The notes under the pieces: generated by a model
Told to the model about the DNA's origin: nothing
Databases searched by the model: none
The model's input: the letters and a program-made list of their open reading frames with translations, nothing else
Shown: positions 48,678-59,136 of the stretch, piece after piece
How positions within the stretch are numbered: position 1 is the first letter of the stretch
Layout: every line of letters begins with the position of its first letter
Made by a program: the position numbers and the translations under genes
Origin: Candidatus Anderseniibacteriota bacterium
GTDB lineage: Bacteria > Patescibacteriota > Andersenbacteria > UBA10190
Length of the DNA: 64,000 nt
Direction of reading: 5' to 3'
Assembly: GCA_040900375.1 (NCBI GenBank)
Contig: JBBDZC010000015.1
Span: forward strand, 8,366 to 72,365

Positions 48678-49637
48678 TTACGATAGGCCCAAGAGCCCCG
48701 TCTGATAGGCGACAAAGATGATATAGAGTACCACCAGACCCACGCCCTCGCGGCGCGTCAGCGTCCGCTGCGACAACATCAAGTACCCAAATACGGCTAG
48801 AATCGCGCTCAAGAACACTACTGTCACTCCCACTGCCCCGCGATCAGTAATGGTAAATGGTCGCAGCAGCGCGAGTATTCCTAAAATGGGCGTATTAAAA
48901 ACAACGTTGCCTAAGAGAATACCGAGCGCAATATGTTTATCCCGTGCATGTCGCGCAGAAACTTGGTTAGCGACAAACGTCACTTCAGGCAAATTGGTAC
49001 CGAGTGAGATCATCAGCAAGCCCACGACGAGCAGGGGCATCCCCAACGCGACGGCGGCCGTTAAGGAAACCCGGACCAGAAAATATGAGGTCACGAGCAA
49101 CACGACCACAGCACTGATAAAACGAAATGTATCAATGCCGAGCGTGGTGAACTCACCTCTGCTCTGCCGTGTCAGCCGCTGGTAGTATCGCCGCCGGAGA
49201 TAAAAATGCAGCAGAAATAACCCATAGCCTGTTAATAAGATAACGCCATCAATCCGCGAAACCTGACCATCAATAATCAAGGGAATAGGTAACCCTGTTA
49301 TTCCTAAGGTAAGCCAGAAATCACCAGGACGCAGCACGCGCCGAATACTGATCTTACCCGCCAAAATTGCCATGACGCCCATCATGAGTGTTAGGACAAC
49401 AATATTAGCTCCTAAAAGATTGCCGAGGGAGAGTTCCGGTACCGCCTCCGCGGCCGAGAAGAGCGCCACCGCTAATTCGGGAATCGAGGTGGCGATGCCT
49501 AAGAAAAAGAACGAAGCAATAAACTCGTTGACGCGTACCTGGGCATTGAGACGACGGAGACTGCGAGTCGTTAGATCCGTAAAATGCCCCAAGAGATACG
49601 ATAACCCTGCGATAAAAAAAATGTATTCGATAATCAT
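48678..49637 (-). CDS. Sodium:calcium antiporter (CaCA family)
   Basis: ATSIPEL...GNLLGAN and GTNLPE...G...GN alpha repeats. Confidence 0.9.
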   Translation of the reverse strand: MIIEYIFFIAGLSYLLGHFTDLTTRSLRRLNAQVRVNEFIASFFFLGIATSIPELAVALFSAAEAVPELSLGNLLGANIVVLTLMMGVMAILAGKISIRRVLRPGDFWLTLGITGLPIPLIIDGQVSRIDGVILLTGYGLFLLHFYLRRRYYQRLTRQSRGEFTTLGIDTFRFISAVVVLLVTSYFLVRVSLTAAVALGMPLLVVGLLMISLGTNLPEVTFVANQVSARHARDKHIALGILLGNVVFNTPILGILALLRPFTITDRGAVGVTVVFLSAILAVFGYLMLSQRTLTRREGVGLVVLYIIFVAYQTGLLGLS

Positions 49638-49694
49638 GACTCAAGCAATCAAGAGAAGATCTAATCAGTATACACAAACCCCGAGCTTACTGGC

Positions 49695-51506
49695 CTACAC
49701 TTTCTTTATCGTGCGTTTGCGCTCGTGCTTTTTGAGAGCCGCTTTCCGCAAACGTAAGTGCTGCGGCGTGATCTCAAGTAGTTCGTCGTCACTTAAATAC
49801 TCAATTGATTCTTCTAGGCTCAACGCGCGGGGAGTGTGAAAATTTTCAGCTACTCCCTCGCCAGCCGAGCGAATGTTCGTCAACTTTTTTTCCTTGCATA
49901 CATTCACGTCTAAATCATCCGCCCGCGCATGCTGCCCAATGATCATTCCTTCGTAGACCTGTTCACCAGGACCAATAAAGAGCTTGCCTCGTCCTTGTGC
50001 TTGCAGAAGTCCATAGAGCGTACTCGTGCCGCCTTCGTGGGCAATCAGCGAGCCATGGTGAGCAAGCTGGAGATCGGCGAGGGCGGGCAGGTAGCCATGG
50101 AAGAGCGTACTCATAATTCCTTCCCCTCGCGTATCCGTTAAAAATTCCGAGCGGTAACCAATTAGTCCGCGTGTCGAAACAAGAAAATGCACGATCGCGA
50201 CTCCCTTCTCGACTTTCATGTCTTTCATCACCCCTTTACGCTGGCCCATCTTTTCAATAACCACGCCCGCTCGTATGCCCGGACATTCAATATAAACATC
50301 TTCAAATGGTTCCAGGGTTTGCCCATCCGCCTCTTTATAGATCACCTGCGGTTTACCTACCTGAAACTCATAGCCTTCCCGCAACATTTTCTCAATGAGA
50401 ATGGCCAAGTGGAGCTCGCCGCGACCCAAGACAGTAAAGAGAGAATCAGAGCCGTTGACTGCCTCTACTTTTAACGCCACGTCACTCAATGTCTCGCGCT
50501 CTAAACGAGTTTTTAGGTGCCGGGCGGTGGAAAATTCGCCCTCGGTACCGGCAAAAGGCGACGTATTGACCGCAAAGTTCATTTTGACTGTTGGCTCATC
50601 AATCGTAATCGTCGGCAACTGTCGAGGGTGATCATAATCAGCAATCGTCTCGCCAATTTTTATCCCCTCAATGCCAGCCACGGCCACGGTATCACCCGCC
50701 GTAATTTCCGGCACTTCTACCCGGCTTAAGCCGTCAAATGTCATCACGGCCGTCAATCGGGCTGGCACCTGTGTACCATCGGCTTTAATCCGCATCACGG
50801 GTTGGTTTTTGCAGAGTGAACCGCTGACGAGTGAGCCAATCGCAATTTGGCCTTTATAGGCATCATACACAACATTGACCACGAGCATCTGTGTCGGCGT
50901 GTCGAGAATTTTCGGGGCCGGGATATGTTTAACAATTGCGTCGAAGACCGGGAAAATATTTTCCATGCTGGCCAAATCCGCTTGCGCCCCTGCCTTGCCT
51001 GCAATCGCCGAGGCATAGAGTACAGGAAAATTAGCTTGTTCATCGGTCGCGCCTAAATCAACAAAAAGGTTAAAAGTCTGATCAAGTACCCACTGCACGC
51101 GCGCCTGAGGTATATCAATCTTATTAATCACCACCACGACCGGGTGCCCCGCTGCCAGCGCCTTTTTCAAAACGAATTTAGTTTGCGGCATGGGTCCATC
51201 TTTGGCGTCTACTAGTAAGAGTACGCCATTAACCATGCTCATGATCCGTTCCACCTCGCCGCCAAAATCAGCGTGGCCCGGTGTATCAATGATATTAATT
51301 TTATGTCCTCGGTAACGGACAGCTGCATTCTTCGAAAAAATTGTAATGCCGCGCTCGCGCTCGAGTTCATTGGAATCCATGATTAAATGCGCGCGATCTT
51401 CCTTGGTCGTAAAGGACTCCGATTGACGCAGCAAGGCATCAACCAGGGTTGTTTTGCCATGATCAACATGGGCAATAATCGCCACATTCCGAATTGCTGG
51501 TTCCAT
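49695..51506 (-). CDS. typA: Translational GTPase TypA/BipA
   Basis: IAHVDHGKTTL, ERGITI, DTPGHADFGGEVER, GRGELHL, K.LTN.R. Confidence 0.97.
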   Translation of the reverse strand: MEPAIRNVAIIAHVDHGKTTLVDALLRQSESFTTKEDRAHLIMDSNELERERGITIFSKNAAVRYRGHKINIIDTPGHADFGGEVERIMSMVNGVLLLVDAKDGPMPQTKFVLKKALAAGHPVVVVINKIDIPQARVQWVLDQTFNLFVDLGATDEQANFPVLYASAIAGKAGAQADLASMENIFPVFDAIVKHIPAPKILDTPTQMLVVNVVYDAYKGQIAIGSLVSGSLCKNQPVMRIKADGTQVPARLTAVMTFDGLSRVEVPEITAGDTVAVAGIEGIKIGETIADYDHPRQLPTITIDEPTVKMNFAVNTSPFAGTEGEFSTARHLKTRLERETLSDVALKVEAVNGSDSLFTVLGRGELHLAILIEKMLREGYEFQVGKPQVIYKEADGQTLEPFEDVYIECPGIRAGVVIEKMGQRKGVMKDMKVEKGVAIVHFLVSTRGLIGYRSEFLTDTRGEGIMSTLFHGYLPALADLQLAHHGSLIAHEGGTSTLYGLLQAQGRGKLFIGPGEQVYEGMIIGQHARADDLDVNVCKEKKLTNIRSAGEGVAENFHTPRALSLEESIEYLSDDELLEITPQHLRLRKAALKKHERKRTIKKV

Positions 51507-51517
51507 ACCTGCCCGCT

Positions 51518-52819
51518 TTAGATATGGACACGGGCTGTCCGGTGTCGGCGCTGACTGCGGCGTTGGGCTCGCGGCTGGTCCTTTGTCTGCCGGACCCGAT
51601 CAGTATAGTGGAACGTCGTGCGCCGGTGTGCCGCCGAGAGCTGTTGCTCATGGGTACGATAAGCTGACGAAGTAGGCGGGCGATCAGCCAGCAACTTAGG
51701 TAGCGGTGAAACACGCAATGGCTCGCGCACCAATCGCTCAATGAGCCGTATTTTCCCCCGCTGATCAGGGGTAATAAAAGAAATGGCTTGCCCGGCCCGG
51801 CCGGCCCGGCCGGTACGGCCAACACGATGCACATAATCATCCAGGTTGTCAGGCAAATCATAATTGATCACTAATTCTATGTTCGTTACGTCAATGCCGC
51901 GCGCCGCAATATCGGTCGCTACCAATACCCGGTAAGCACCCGACTTAAAGCCAGCTAGCGAGCGCTTCCGCTGCGAGAGTGATAAGTTAGAGTGGATTTC
52001 CGCCGTCGTATGGTTCATACTCCGGACCGCCCGGCATATTTTCTTTGCCCCATATTTTGTCCGGGAAAACACGAGGACTGTGCCCGTGTAGGTATCCAGC
52101 AACGTATCCAGTAAACGATTCTTGTGTTCTTTGGTAACAATAAATATTTCCTGGTTGACTCGCTCGGCCACCGTGCCAGCAAGCGCCACTTCTACTTTCA
52201 CCGGCAGCTTCATATAGGCCGCCGTGATCTTGGCAATGGCCGGTGGCATGGTGGCCGAGAATAACATGGTCTGCCGCTCGCGGGGAACATTCTGGAGAAT
52301 GCGCTTAATTTGCGGCGTAAAACCCATGTCGAGCATGCGGTCCGCTTCATCGAGTATGAGCATCCCCACATCGCTTAGATTTAAACTGCCGTGGTCTAAG
52401 TGATCAATAATGCGGCCGGGCGTGCCGATCACAACATGGGGGCTGTGGCGTATCTCTCCCAATTGCTTATGCATGGAAGCCCCACCAATTAAAAGTGTTT
52501 GACGCAAACCAAAAGAATGGCCGACACTTTGGAATAATTCAGCAACCTGCATCGCCAACTCGCGCGTTGGCAAGATTATCAGCCCGCGCTTTTTGGTGCG
52601 CGCTATCTGTTGTAAAAGCGGTAAGGCAAAAGCTAGGGTCTTACCCGTTCCTGTTTGGGCAATCCCAATCACATCCTTACCAGCAACCGCCAAGGGAATA
52701 GCTTGCTGTTGGATGGGCGTGGGCACGGTAAATTTCAGCCGCGCGAGCACTGCCAAAAGCTTAGGTGACAAACCTAAACCAGAAAAATTCAAACCAGCCG
52801 AAGAATTATTATGCGACAT
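51518..52819 (-). CDS. DEAD-box RNA helicase
   Basis: AQTGTGKT, PTRELA, TPGR, DEAD, SAT, HRVGRTGR. Confidence 0.96.
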   Translation of the reverse strand: MSHNNSSAGLNFSGLGLSPKLLAVLARLKFTVPTPIQQQAIPLAVAGKDVIGIAQTGTGKTLAFALPLLQQIARTKKRGLIILPTRELAMQVAELFQSVGHSFGLRQTLLIGGASMHKQLGEIRHSPHVVIGTPGRIIDHLDHGSLNLSDVGMLILDEADRMLDMGFTPQIKRILQNVPRERQTMLFSATMPPAIAKITAAYMKLPVKVEVALAGTVAERVNQEIFIVTKEHKNRLLDTLLDTYTGTVLVFSRTKYGAKKICRAVRSMNHTTAEIHSNLSLSQRKRSLAGFKSGAYRVLVATDIAARGIDVTNIELVINYDLPDNLDDYVHRVGRTGRAGRAGQAISFITPDQRGKIRLIERLVREPLRVSPLPKLLADRPPTSSAYRTHEQQLSAAHRRTTFHYTDRVRQTKDQPRAQRRSQRRHRTARVHI

Positions 52820-53088
52820 ATACGAGGTGACCCGGGTCCTTTAGGGGTCACTTGTACATGCCGTTAAGGTCGAGTCCGTTAGACCACGTCTTTAAGTAAC
52901 GTGGTTGATTAATTTAATGGATTTCATGATAAAGCAAATGAAATATTTTGTCAAATGGAGAAAACAGCATCAAAAAGATCACGCCCGTTCATATCGGTCT
53001 CTCCGTTCTACAAAAGCGTGCGCAGCCTACCAGCGTCACAATTTTTTGGCTAAGAGAATATTACAAAAGAAAGAGTATACTAGAAGTC

Positions 53089-54021
53089 ATGAGTAAGAAA
53101 AAAAAGTTTTGGGGCATCACTGTAATTGTGGTGTGCCTGACTGGATTTTTGGGTCTGGGCATGTCGCTGTTATGGCGCTACCAGTTAGTCGAACTACCCG
53201 CACTCGCCGTCCGCACGATTGGTCGAGTGCAAAGTTCTATGACCACCGGCACCACTGCTGTCTACAAATTACCCATTACTCCTCATCGGCAAGAACATGC
53301 TCTAAGTTGTGAAGTTGCCACACTCAAAATGGCGTTGAGTAACTATGGCCTAGACATCCCCGAGTCCGAACTCTTGCGGTACCTTCCCTTTGATCCTACC
53401 CCGCGTAGTGCCGGGGTTTGGGGTAATCCGCATGAGGGTTTTGTCGGCAACATTGATGGCCAGATGCTCCGTGACGGCTATGGTGTTTACTGGGAGCCCA
53501 TTGCTCGCCTCGGCTCGCGCTGGAAAAGAACCGAAGTGGCTCGACAGCTCACGGCCGCAGCAGTCGCTCAGCACATTGCCGAGGGCCGCCCCGTGATTGT
53601 CTGGGGATACTTTGGCCGCGGTAATCTCGCTTCCTGGTTGACGCCACAGGGCAAGCGCATTGCAGCTGTCAATGGCGAACATACCCGCCTCGTAGTTGGT
53701 TTTAGTGGCTCCCCTGCTGCCCCTCAAGGATTTTTTCTCCTCGATCCCATCTTTGGACCACTCCATTGGTCAAGCACCAAGCTTCTGACAAATATGGACA
53801 TCTTTGGCCGTACCGGCGTGGTGGTCTACCCCCATCCTCGTTGGGTACGCATGCCCAATGATCCCCAAGTGTGGGAGATTTCTGCCAATGGCAAAATGCG
53901 CCAAAGAATCAACGGTAGCTGGGAAAAGTTCGTGGAATACGGCGGGTATAAAGAGGCAGTAGTACCTATCACGAAGCAAGAACTCCAGCGCTTTACTCTT
54001 GGCGCTGATCTCGTGCTCTAG
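53089..54021 (+). CDS. Membrane-anchored C39-like peptidase
   Basis: Q...LSCE, GNP..GFVG, EH...VVG, DP. Confidence 0.8.
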   Translation: MSKKKKFWGITVIVVCLTGFLGLGMSLLWRYQLVELPALAVRTIGRVQSSMTTGTTAVYKLPITPHRQEHALSCEVATLKMALSNYGLDIPESELLRYLPFDPTPRSAGVWGNPHEGFVGNIDGQMLRDGYGVYWEPIARLGSRWKRTEVARQLTAAAVAQHIAEGRPVIVWGYFGRGNLASWLTPQGKRIAAVNGEHTRLVVGFSGSPAAPQGFFLLDPIFGPLHWSSTKLLTNMDIFGRTGVVVYPHPRWVRMPNDPQVWEISANGKMRQRINGSWEKFVEYGGYKEAVVPITKQELQRFTLGADLVL

Positions 54022-54062
54022 CCTGTCTAGCATTTTATTACTTCTTATACTATAGAGAAGGT

Positions 54063-54863
54063 ATGAAAAAAAGCGCCTGGCGCCTGGTGATCTTACTGAT
54101 CGTCCTCTCTGGAGCAGCAGGGACGGCCGCTTTGTATTACGGGATAGGACGATCAACCCTTCTTCGCCCGACGACTTTGCCTTCACCCCTCGCATACCAA
54201 CAAACTCCGTCTCCCCACGTCAGCCCCCTCTTTTCTCCTGCTCAAGTAAACTCTCGCCCCGCTATCTCCCCCTTGTCACAGCCACTAGTTACCTTGCCAG
54301 CAGAAGTAAACCTAGCAATCCCCTTTACCGCCCAAGCTCCTCATCGTAACTGGGAACTGCCCTACCAAGAATTTTGCGAGGAAGCCTCTGTGCTTATGGC
54401 TATGAGCTACGTTCAAAACCAAGCTATCCCCAACGCCGACTTTGCCAACCAACGCCTGCTCGAAATCCAAGCCTTTGAGGAAAAACGCTTCGGCTATTAC
54501 GAAGATACTACGGTCGAGGAAACCGCTATCATTTTGCGAGAATACTACAAAAATGATCGCGTAGACGTTGCCTACGAGCCAACCATCCAGGACATTAAAG
54601 AGGCTCTCGGTACTGGCAAAGTCGTTATCGTGCCAGCCGCCGGGCGCTCGCTGCCCAACCCTTATTATCGCCAGCCCGGACCGCTCTATCACATGCTCGT
54701 CATTAAAGGTTATACGCAGGATGGCAAATTCATCACCAATGATCCCGGCACCCGCAACGGCGCAGACTTTATCTACGAGCAAGCAGTCTTACTCAACGCT
54801 GTCCATGACTGGAACAACGGGCAAGTTGAACAAGGACGAAAAGCAATGATTATTGTCGGCTAG
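54063..54863 (+). CDS. Membrane-anchored C39-like peptidase
   Basis: PFTAQAP, CEEAS, YHMLVIKGY, NDPG. Confidence 0.8.
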   Translation: MKKSAWRLVILLIVLSGAAGTAALYYGIGRSTLLRPTTLPSPLAYQQTPSPHVSPLFSPAQVNSRPAISPLSQPLVTLPAEVNLAIPFTAQAPHRNWELPYQEFCEEASVLMAMSYVQNQAIPNADFANQRLLEIQAFEEKRFGYYEDTTVEETAIILREYYKNDRVDVAYEPTIQDIKEALGTGKVVIVPAAGRSLPNPYYRQPGPLYHMLVIKGYTQDGKFITNDPGTRNGADFIYEQAVLLNAVHDWNNGQVEQGRKAMIIVG

Positions 54864-56199
54864 GTCTCACCCCATCTATCCATTGGTGCACCCGGCCAGG
54901 CAACAACACTGTCAGCAGGCCTACTTTCAAGACGCTGCCAAAAAAGAAAGCCAGGGGCAGCGCGAGTAAATCAAGCTGCTCCAAAAGTAACCAAGCCGCC
55001 AGCAGAGAGAGCGCAAAACTAGCAACACTACAGAGCACCGGCACCCACGTATTCTTGGTGGCGTAGAAAGCGCGTGCAAGTAGGTGACTCAAAGCTTCCG
55101 TCGGTATGGCCAAGCAAAACATGCCCAGGATTACTGCCGTGCGAGCAACATCGCTCTCGGTAAAGGCCCGTCCTCCGAGAAGGAATGCCACCAGCGGCTG
55201 CCGCACCAGGAAAATAAAAACCGCACTCGCTAAGCTCGCAAACAAAATAAGGATGGCCGATCTCGTTAGTGCCGCCACAAAGCCAGAGCGAGAACGCCGC
55301 GTCGCCGCCTGCGCCAAGATGGGAAAGCTCGTCGTCGCGACCACAATGCCAATTAAACTCACCGGCACGCTTTGAAAGTTACGGGCAAAGTTAAGCACAG
55401 CAATCGAGCCGGGTGTCAGTGTCGAGGCAATCGCCGTGAAGGCCCAAAAAGTGGCCAGCTCAATGGGGTGACCAAACATCTTCGGCAGCATGAGTTTCAA
55501 AGTCGTCGTAAATTCGGGGGTACGCACCGCCAAGTTAGGCACAAAACGCCAGCCCGTCAGTGTCGCATCTACCAGTCGAATCAGTAAGTGTAAGACTGCG
55601 CCCGCAATAGTACCGGCGGCTACCCCCATAATCCCGTAGGTAGGAGCAAATAACAGAATCCCACCGATGATACCCAAGTTATAGGTAATTGGCGCTAACC
55701 CGTAGAAGAAAAAACGGCGCTCGGCGACAAGCATCGCTCCCAACGCGTTGGAAGCGGAAAAAAGGATAGGTGAGAGAGAAAAAATGCGCAGGAGGCGCGC
55801 TACCAACTGCTGATCGGGAGCCGTAAAGCCAGGCGTCACCAACCGGCTCGCCGGCTCCGCGAAGAGTAATAACAATAGTGCGGCTACAGACATCGAAATT
55901 GTCGCGGTGGTGATCACCGTATTGGCGTAGCGCCGCGCCTGCGGCACACTCTGATGCTTAAGGTCTATAAACAATGGCACGAAGGCTGCGGCAATGCCGC
56001 TGGCCACTAAAAAATTGAAGAGAAAATCTGGCAGTAAGAACGCTGCATTGTATGCATCCAGGGCACGGGAAGCGCCAAATGTTTGTGCTAAAAGCCGGTC
56101 CCGGAACAGGCCGACAACATATGAGCCAAACGTGGTAAGCGCAAGAACAAGGCTGCCGGCGGGAATTGCCTGGCGCAGGACTTTCATGCTCTTAACCAT
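54850..56199 (-). CDS. murJ: Lipid II flippase MurJ/MviN
   Basis: GL.RD...A..FG, DAY.AAF..PD, AFVP.F, FP.L, RAFYA. Confidence 0.9.
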   Translation of the reverse strand: MVKSMKVLRQAIPAGSLVLALTTFGSYVVGLFRDRLLAQTFGASRALDAYNAAFLLPDFLFNFLVASGIAAAFVPLFIDLKHQSVPQARRYANTVITTATISMSVAALLLLLFAEPASRLVTPGFTAPDQQLVARLLRIFSLSPILFSASNALGAMLVAERRFFFYGLAPITYNLGIIGGILLFAPTYGIMGVAAGTIAGAVLHLLIRLVDATLTGWRFVPNLAVRTPEFTTTLKLMLPKMFGHPIELATFWAFTAIASTLTPGSIAVLNFARNFQSVPVSLIGIVVATTSFPILAQAATRRSRSGFVAALTRSAILILFASLASAVFIFLVRQPLVAFLLGGRAFTESDVARTAVILGMFCLAIPTEALSHLLARAFYATKNTWVPVLCSVASFALSLLAAWLLLEQLDLLALPLAFFFGSVLKVGLLTVLLPGRVHQWIDGVRPSRQ

Positions 56200-56257
56200 A
56201 ATATACCACCACCGAAAATGATAACTCACCAAGTCCCGCTCACTACAACAGTTTTAT

Positions 56258-56773
56258 CTATATCGGCTTGTCTATTTCTTTGCGCAAGGCGTCGAGATCA
56301 AGGACTGTTGTCGTCATCGCGAGCGTCCCATCTTCGTTGCGAGGCCACTCACTGCGGGGTCGGTCAACATATATCTCAATCCCATTGTGGTCGGGATCTT
56401 GCAAGTAAACGGCTTCGGAAACGCCGTGGTCAGAAGCCCCCAAGAGGGGATAGTGGGCCGCTTGCAATCGCTGCACGACGAGTGCCAAATCTTTTCGCGT
56501 CGACAGCAAAATTGCAAAGTGATAGAGGCCGGTGTGGCCCGGAGGTGGGGGTGAGGCATCTTTGCTCTCCCACGTATTCAAACCAATATGGTGGTGGTAT
56601 CCGCCAGCGGACAGGAAAACTGCCTGATCGCCGTATCGCGCTGTGACCACAAACCCCAGCACATCACGGTAGAAGCGCAGCGAGCGCTCCAAGTCCGCTA
56701 CACGCAAGTGGACATGGCCGATTATTGTCTCCGGCGGAAGAAGAGCTAGCATCGTATTCATTACTTCCAGCAT
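56258..56773 (-). CDS. VOC/glyoxalase family protein (CatE-like)
   Basis: GHVHL.V.DL, GGYHHHIGLNTW, GLYHFA, DHGVSEAVYL.DPD.NGIE. Confidence 0.9.
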   Translation of the reverse strand: MLEVMNTMLALLPPETIIGHVHLRVADLERSLRFYRDVLGFVVTARYGDQAVFLSAGGYHHHIGLNTWESKDASPPPPGHTGLYHFAILLSTRKDLALVVQRLQAAHYPLLGASDHGVSEAVYLQDPDHNGIEIYVDRPRSEWPRNEDGTLAMTTTVLDLDALRKEIDKPI

Positions 56774-56946
56774 GACATAAACCCGCTATAGGGAAAATGG
56801 AATCGCACGAGCAGCCGATAAGGAAACGCCTGTGCATCCCAGCTTTCTTTCTTTGACAAAATATGGTCTGCATGCTAATTAATATAAAGTTCGCTTGCTC
56901 ATTCGCACAGTCGCCCCTTCCTCTCCTCAAGTTTCAGGAGCTAGTC

Positions 56947-57309
56947 ATGACGACCGCACCGGATCAATTACTCGATGTTAGTGAAGACCAAGGAGTCACG
57001 GTCGTGAGACTGTGCCCAGCCACAATCTTAGAGGCGTCACTGGCTCAAGAACTTGGGCTACAGCTCTACCGCTTTGTCGAAGATCTAGGTGTCCGCAAGT
57101 TAGTCGTGGATCTTGCGGCAGTAGCATATATCTCGGCTGACTTCCTCGGCAAACTGATCGTGCTCGATCAGAAGATGCGGCGAGCAGACGGCAAGCTTGT
57201 CCTGGTGAGCCTACACCCGGCGATCTACGAGTGTTTGACCATAACCTGCCTCACTAAGCTCTTTGTTATCTGCGACACGCCACAAGAAGGGATAACGCTC
57301 CTGACGTAA
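56947..57309 (+). CDS. STAS-domain anti-sigma factor antagonist
   Basis: VVDLAAV.YIS...LG.L, G.L.L..L.P.I...L.IT.L..LF. Confidence 0.85.
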   Translation: MTTAPDQLLDVSEDQGVTVVRLCPATILEASLAQELGLQLYRFVEDLGVRKLVVDLAAVAYISADFLGKLIVLDQKMRRADGKLVLVSLHPAIYECLTITCLTKLFVICDTPQEGITLLT

Positions 57310-57387
57310 AGTAAGCCCCGCGCCCGTAGCATCGTGCTGCGGGCTTTTTCTTTACCCGTTCCCACGCGTAGCAGTATACTAACGTGC

Positions 57388-57621
57388 ATGACCCGTCTGC
57401 GAAAGTTACGCTTGATAGAATTTTTGATTGTCGGCATTGCCATGGGAGTACTCGAAGATATTATTGCTATTGTCATCGCGACTGATGCCCCTCTCGATCT
57501 GAATATATTTTGGGTCGTACTCGCCGTTGCTATCCCCTTTGCGATCATCAGTGAAGTGATTGTTGATCACCCGAGATTTTGGGAGTGGATACTACCCCCA
57601 CGCAATAACCGTCCCAAGTAA
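57388..57621 (+). CDS. Small membrane protein
   Basis: EF..VG..MG..ED.IA and AIPFA.ISE..VD. Confidence 0.7.
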   Translation: MTRLRKLRLIEFLIVGIAMGVLEDIIAIVIATDAPLDLNIFWVVLAVAIPFAIISEVIVDHPRFWEWILPPRNNRPK

Positions 57622-57703
57622 AAGAGTTGTAAAACCCCGGTTGGCACGCATGCCTCTCGGGGTGGGTAAAATCGCTCTACGTCCTTAAAGAATGAGCCTG
57701 CCG

Positions 57704-58096
57704 TCACGTCAAGTACTGATCCCACGAGAACGGTTTAGCCGTGCCGCGCGCGATTATTTTCTCCAGTTGCTCTTCCGTCAGCAGGCGAAAGGGCCGCAGG
57801 TCCAGCTGGCCTTCCCGAATGCGCATCTCAAACGCACATCCATCTTCGGCACGAAACAGGGCCCACATGCTTACCACTCTCACCCGCTGCGTTGGCACCA
57901 AATATTTCTCCACCCGCTTGAGTAGTCTCTGCTCACCACAGACCACCCTCTGTTTAGTTTCAGTAATAACAACCGGAAAACTGCCCACGAGGCGGTGGTC
58001 CGGCTCAAGATAGAAAACTTGCGTTAACTGATAGCCCGCTAGATCTTGACCAATCAATTCAGCCGGTTTTGGGACCAAGGCTGTCATGACAGACAC
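57704..58096 (-). CDS. Hypothetical protein
   Basis: ORF preceded by AAGGAG. Confidence 0.5.
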   Translation of the reverse strand: MSVMTALVPKPAELIGQDLAGYQLTQVFYLEPDHRLVGSFPVVITETKQRVVCGEQRLLKRVEKYLVPTQRVRVVSMWALFRAEDGCAFEMRIREGQLDLRPFRLLTEEQLEKIIARGTAKPFSWDQYLT

Positions 58097-58240
58097 TCCT
58101 TAACATTGGGAAGAGAACTACTCGTACGGTAGTACGTCGCCTGGTGAATGTCTATCAATACGCCGTACGAAAGCCGCAAAAAAAACCAAGCAATTATAAA
58201 ACCCGAGATTGCTCTCGGGTAAGAACTATGCTGTCGGGAG

Positions 58241-58552
58241 TTAAGGCGTTGGCGGGGGCAGAGGAAGATCCTCTGGAGCAAGCTCCGCCTGGCCAGTGCG
58301 AACAAAGTGTTGAGGCTTCCGTATTTGGTGCCTCGTGCCATTCTCCTCAACCAGGGCCACGAGCTGGGGAGAGTGTGATCCTCCCGGAAACGGGTAGCGT
58401 TCCTTAATCTTCTGGCTGAAGAGTGCCCGCGCGGCTCGGATAGCCTCTTCGGGACTATGGCCCTCCACCTCAAAGGGCTCTTGGGTATTAATACCGTCCA
58501 GGTCGTCAGATTCGTTGTAGTAGAAATCCTGCCATTCGACGCGGAATTTCAT
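58241..58552 (-). CDS. Hypothetical protein
   Basis: ORF preceded by GGAGGGAG. Confidence 0.55.
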   Translation of the reverse strand: MKFRVEWQDFYYNESDDLDGINTQEPFEVEGHSPEEAIRAARALFSQKIKERYPFPGGSHSPQLVALVEENGTRHQIRKPQHFVRTGQAELAPEDLPLPPPTP

Positions 58553-58633
58553 GACTCCCTCCTGCCTTAAGTTAAACCCGCGGTTTCTAACGAACTACTC
58601 CGTAGTACTGTCATAACTTTGAGAAAACAAAAA

Positions 58634-58745
58634 GTCAACCCATTCGACTCCACGGTCTAAAGGCCGTGGCTTGCTTAAGGGTTGACTCTAAAGCCGCGCG
58701 TATCTCCACCCTGAAGGGTGGAGCTTGCGCGAGTCGAAGAGTCAA
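58634..58745. mobile_element. Palindromic element, family A, copy 2
   Basis: Identical 112 nt to 6383-6494. Confidence 0.85.
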
Positions 58746-58839
58746 GACTTAAAAGGTCTTCAGCAAACTTTCGCCACACAAAATAGAGAGCCTTCGCGTT
58801 AGGAGCGAAAACTCTCTACTGCTGGTGGTAATTCACCCC

Positions 58840-59136
58840 TTAGTCAGGACTAGGTCCAGGACTAGGTTCAGGACTAGGTTCACCAGAACAATCACCGTCA
58901 AACGCAAGAACCTCGGCAGCCCAGCCAGGCTCAAGCTCATTTTGTGCCCCCTCACTCACGAGTTCACCTTGGCTCGCCGGGCTAGGGCTAGGGGGAGCAT
59001 CGCCCATTATCGCTTGCCCAAAACACGCGTTTTCATTTGGCACGCCTCCAGTATCGGCGAAAGTAGGCAACGCCATCGCTCCGATCGTTGCCGCGCCGAC
59101 GGCAATCGTAGCTAGGGCTTTTTTGAGTTGCTGCAT
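58840..59136 (-). CDS. Small secreted protein with PSP repeats
   Basis: Signal peptide ending TFA, two Cys, 12-nt tandem repeat CAGGACTAGGTY x3 at 58845-58880. Confidence 0.7.
   Translation of the reverse strand: MQQLKKALATIAVGAATIGAMALPTFADTGGVPNENACFGQAIMGDAPPSPSPASQGELVSEGAQNELEPGWAAEVLAFDGDCSGEPSPEPSPGPSPD

Noticed and set aside
58845-58880. 12-nt tandem repeat x3
   Set aside because: Coding Pro/Ser linker with no spacers; ordinary.
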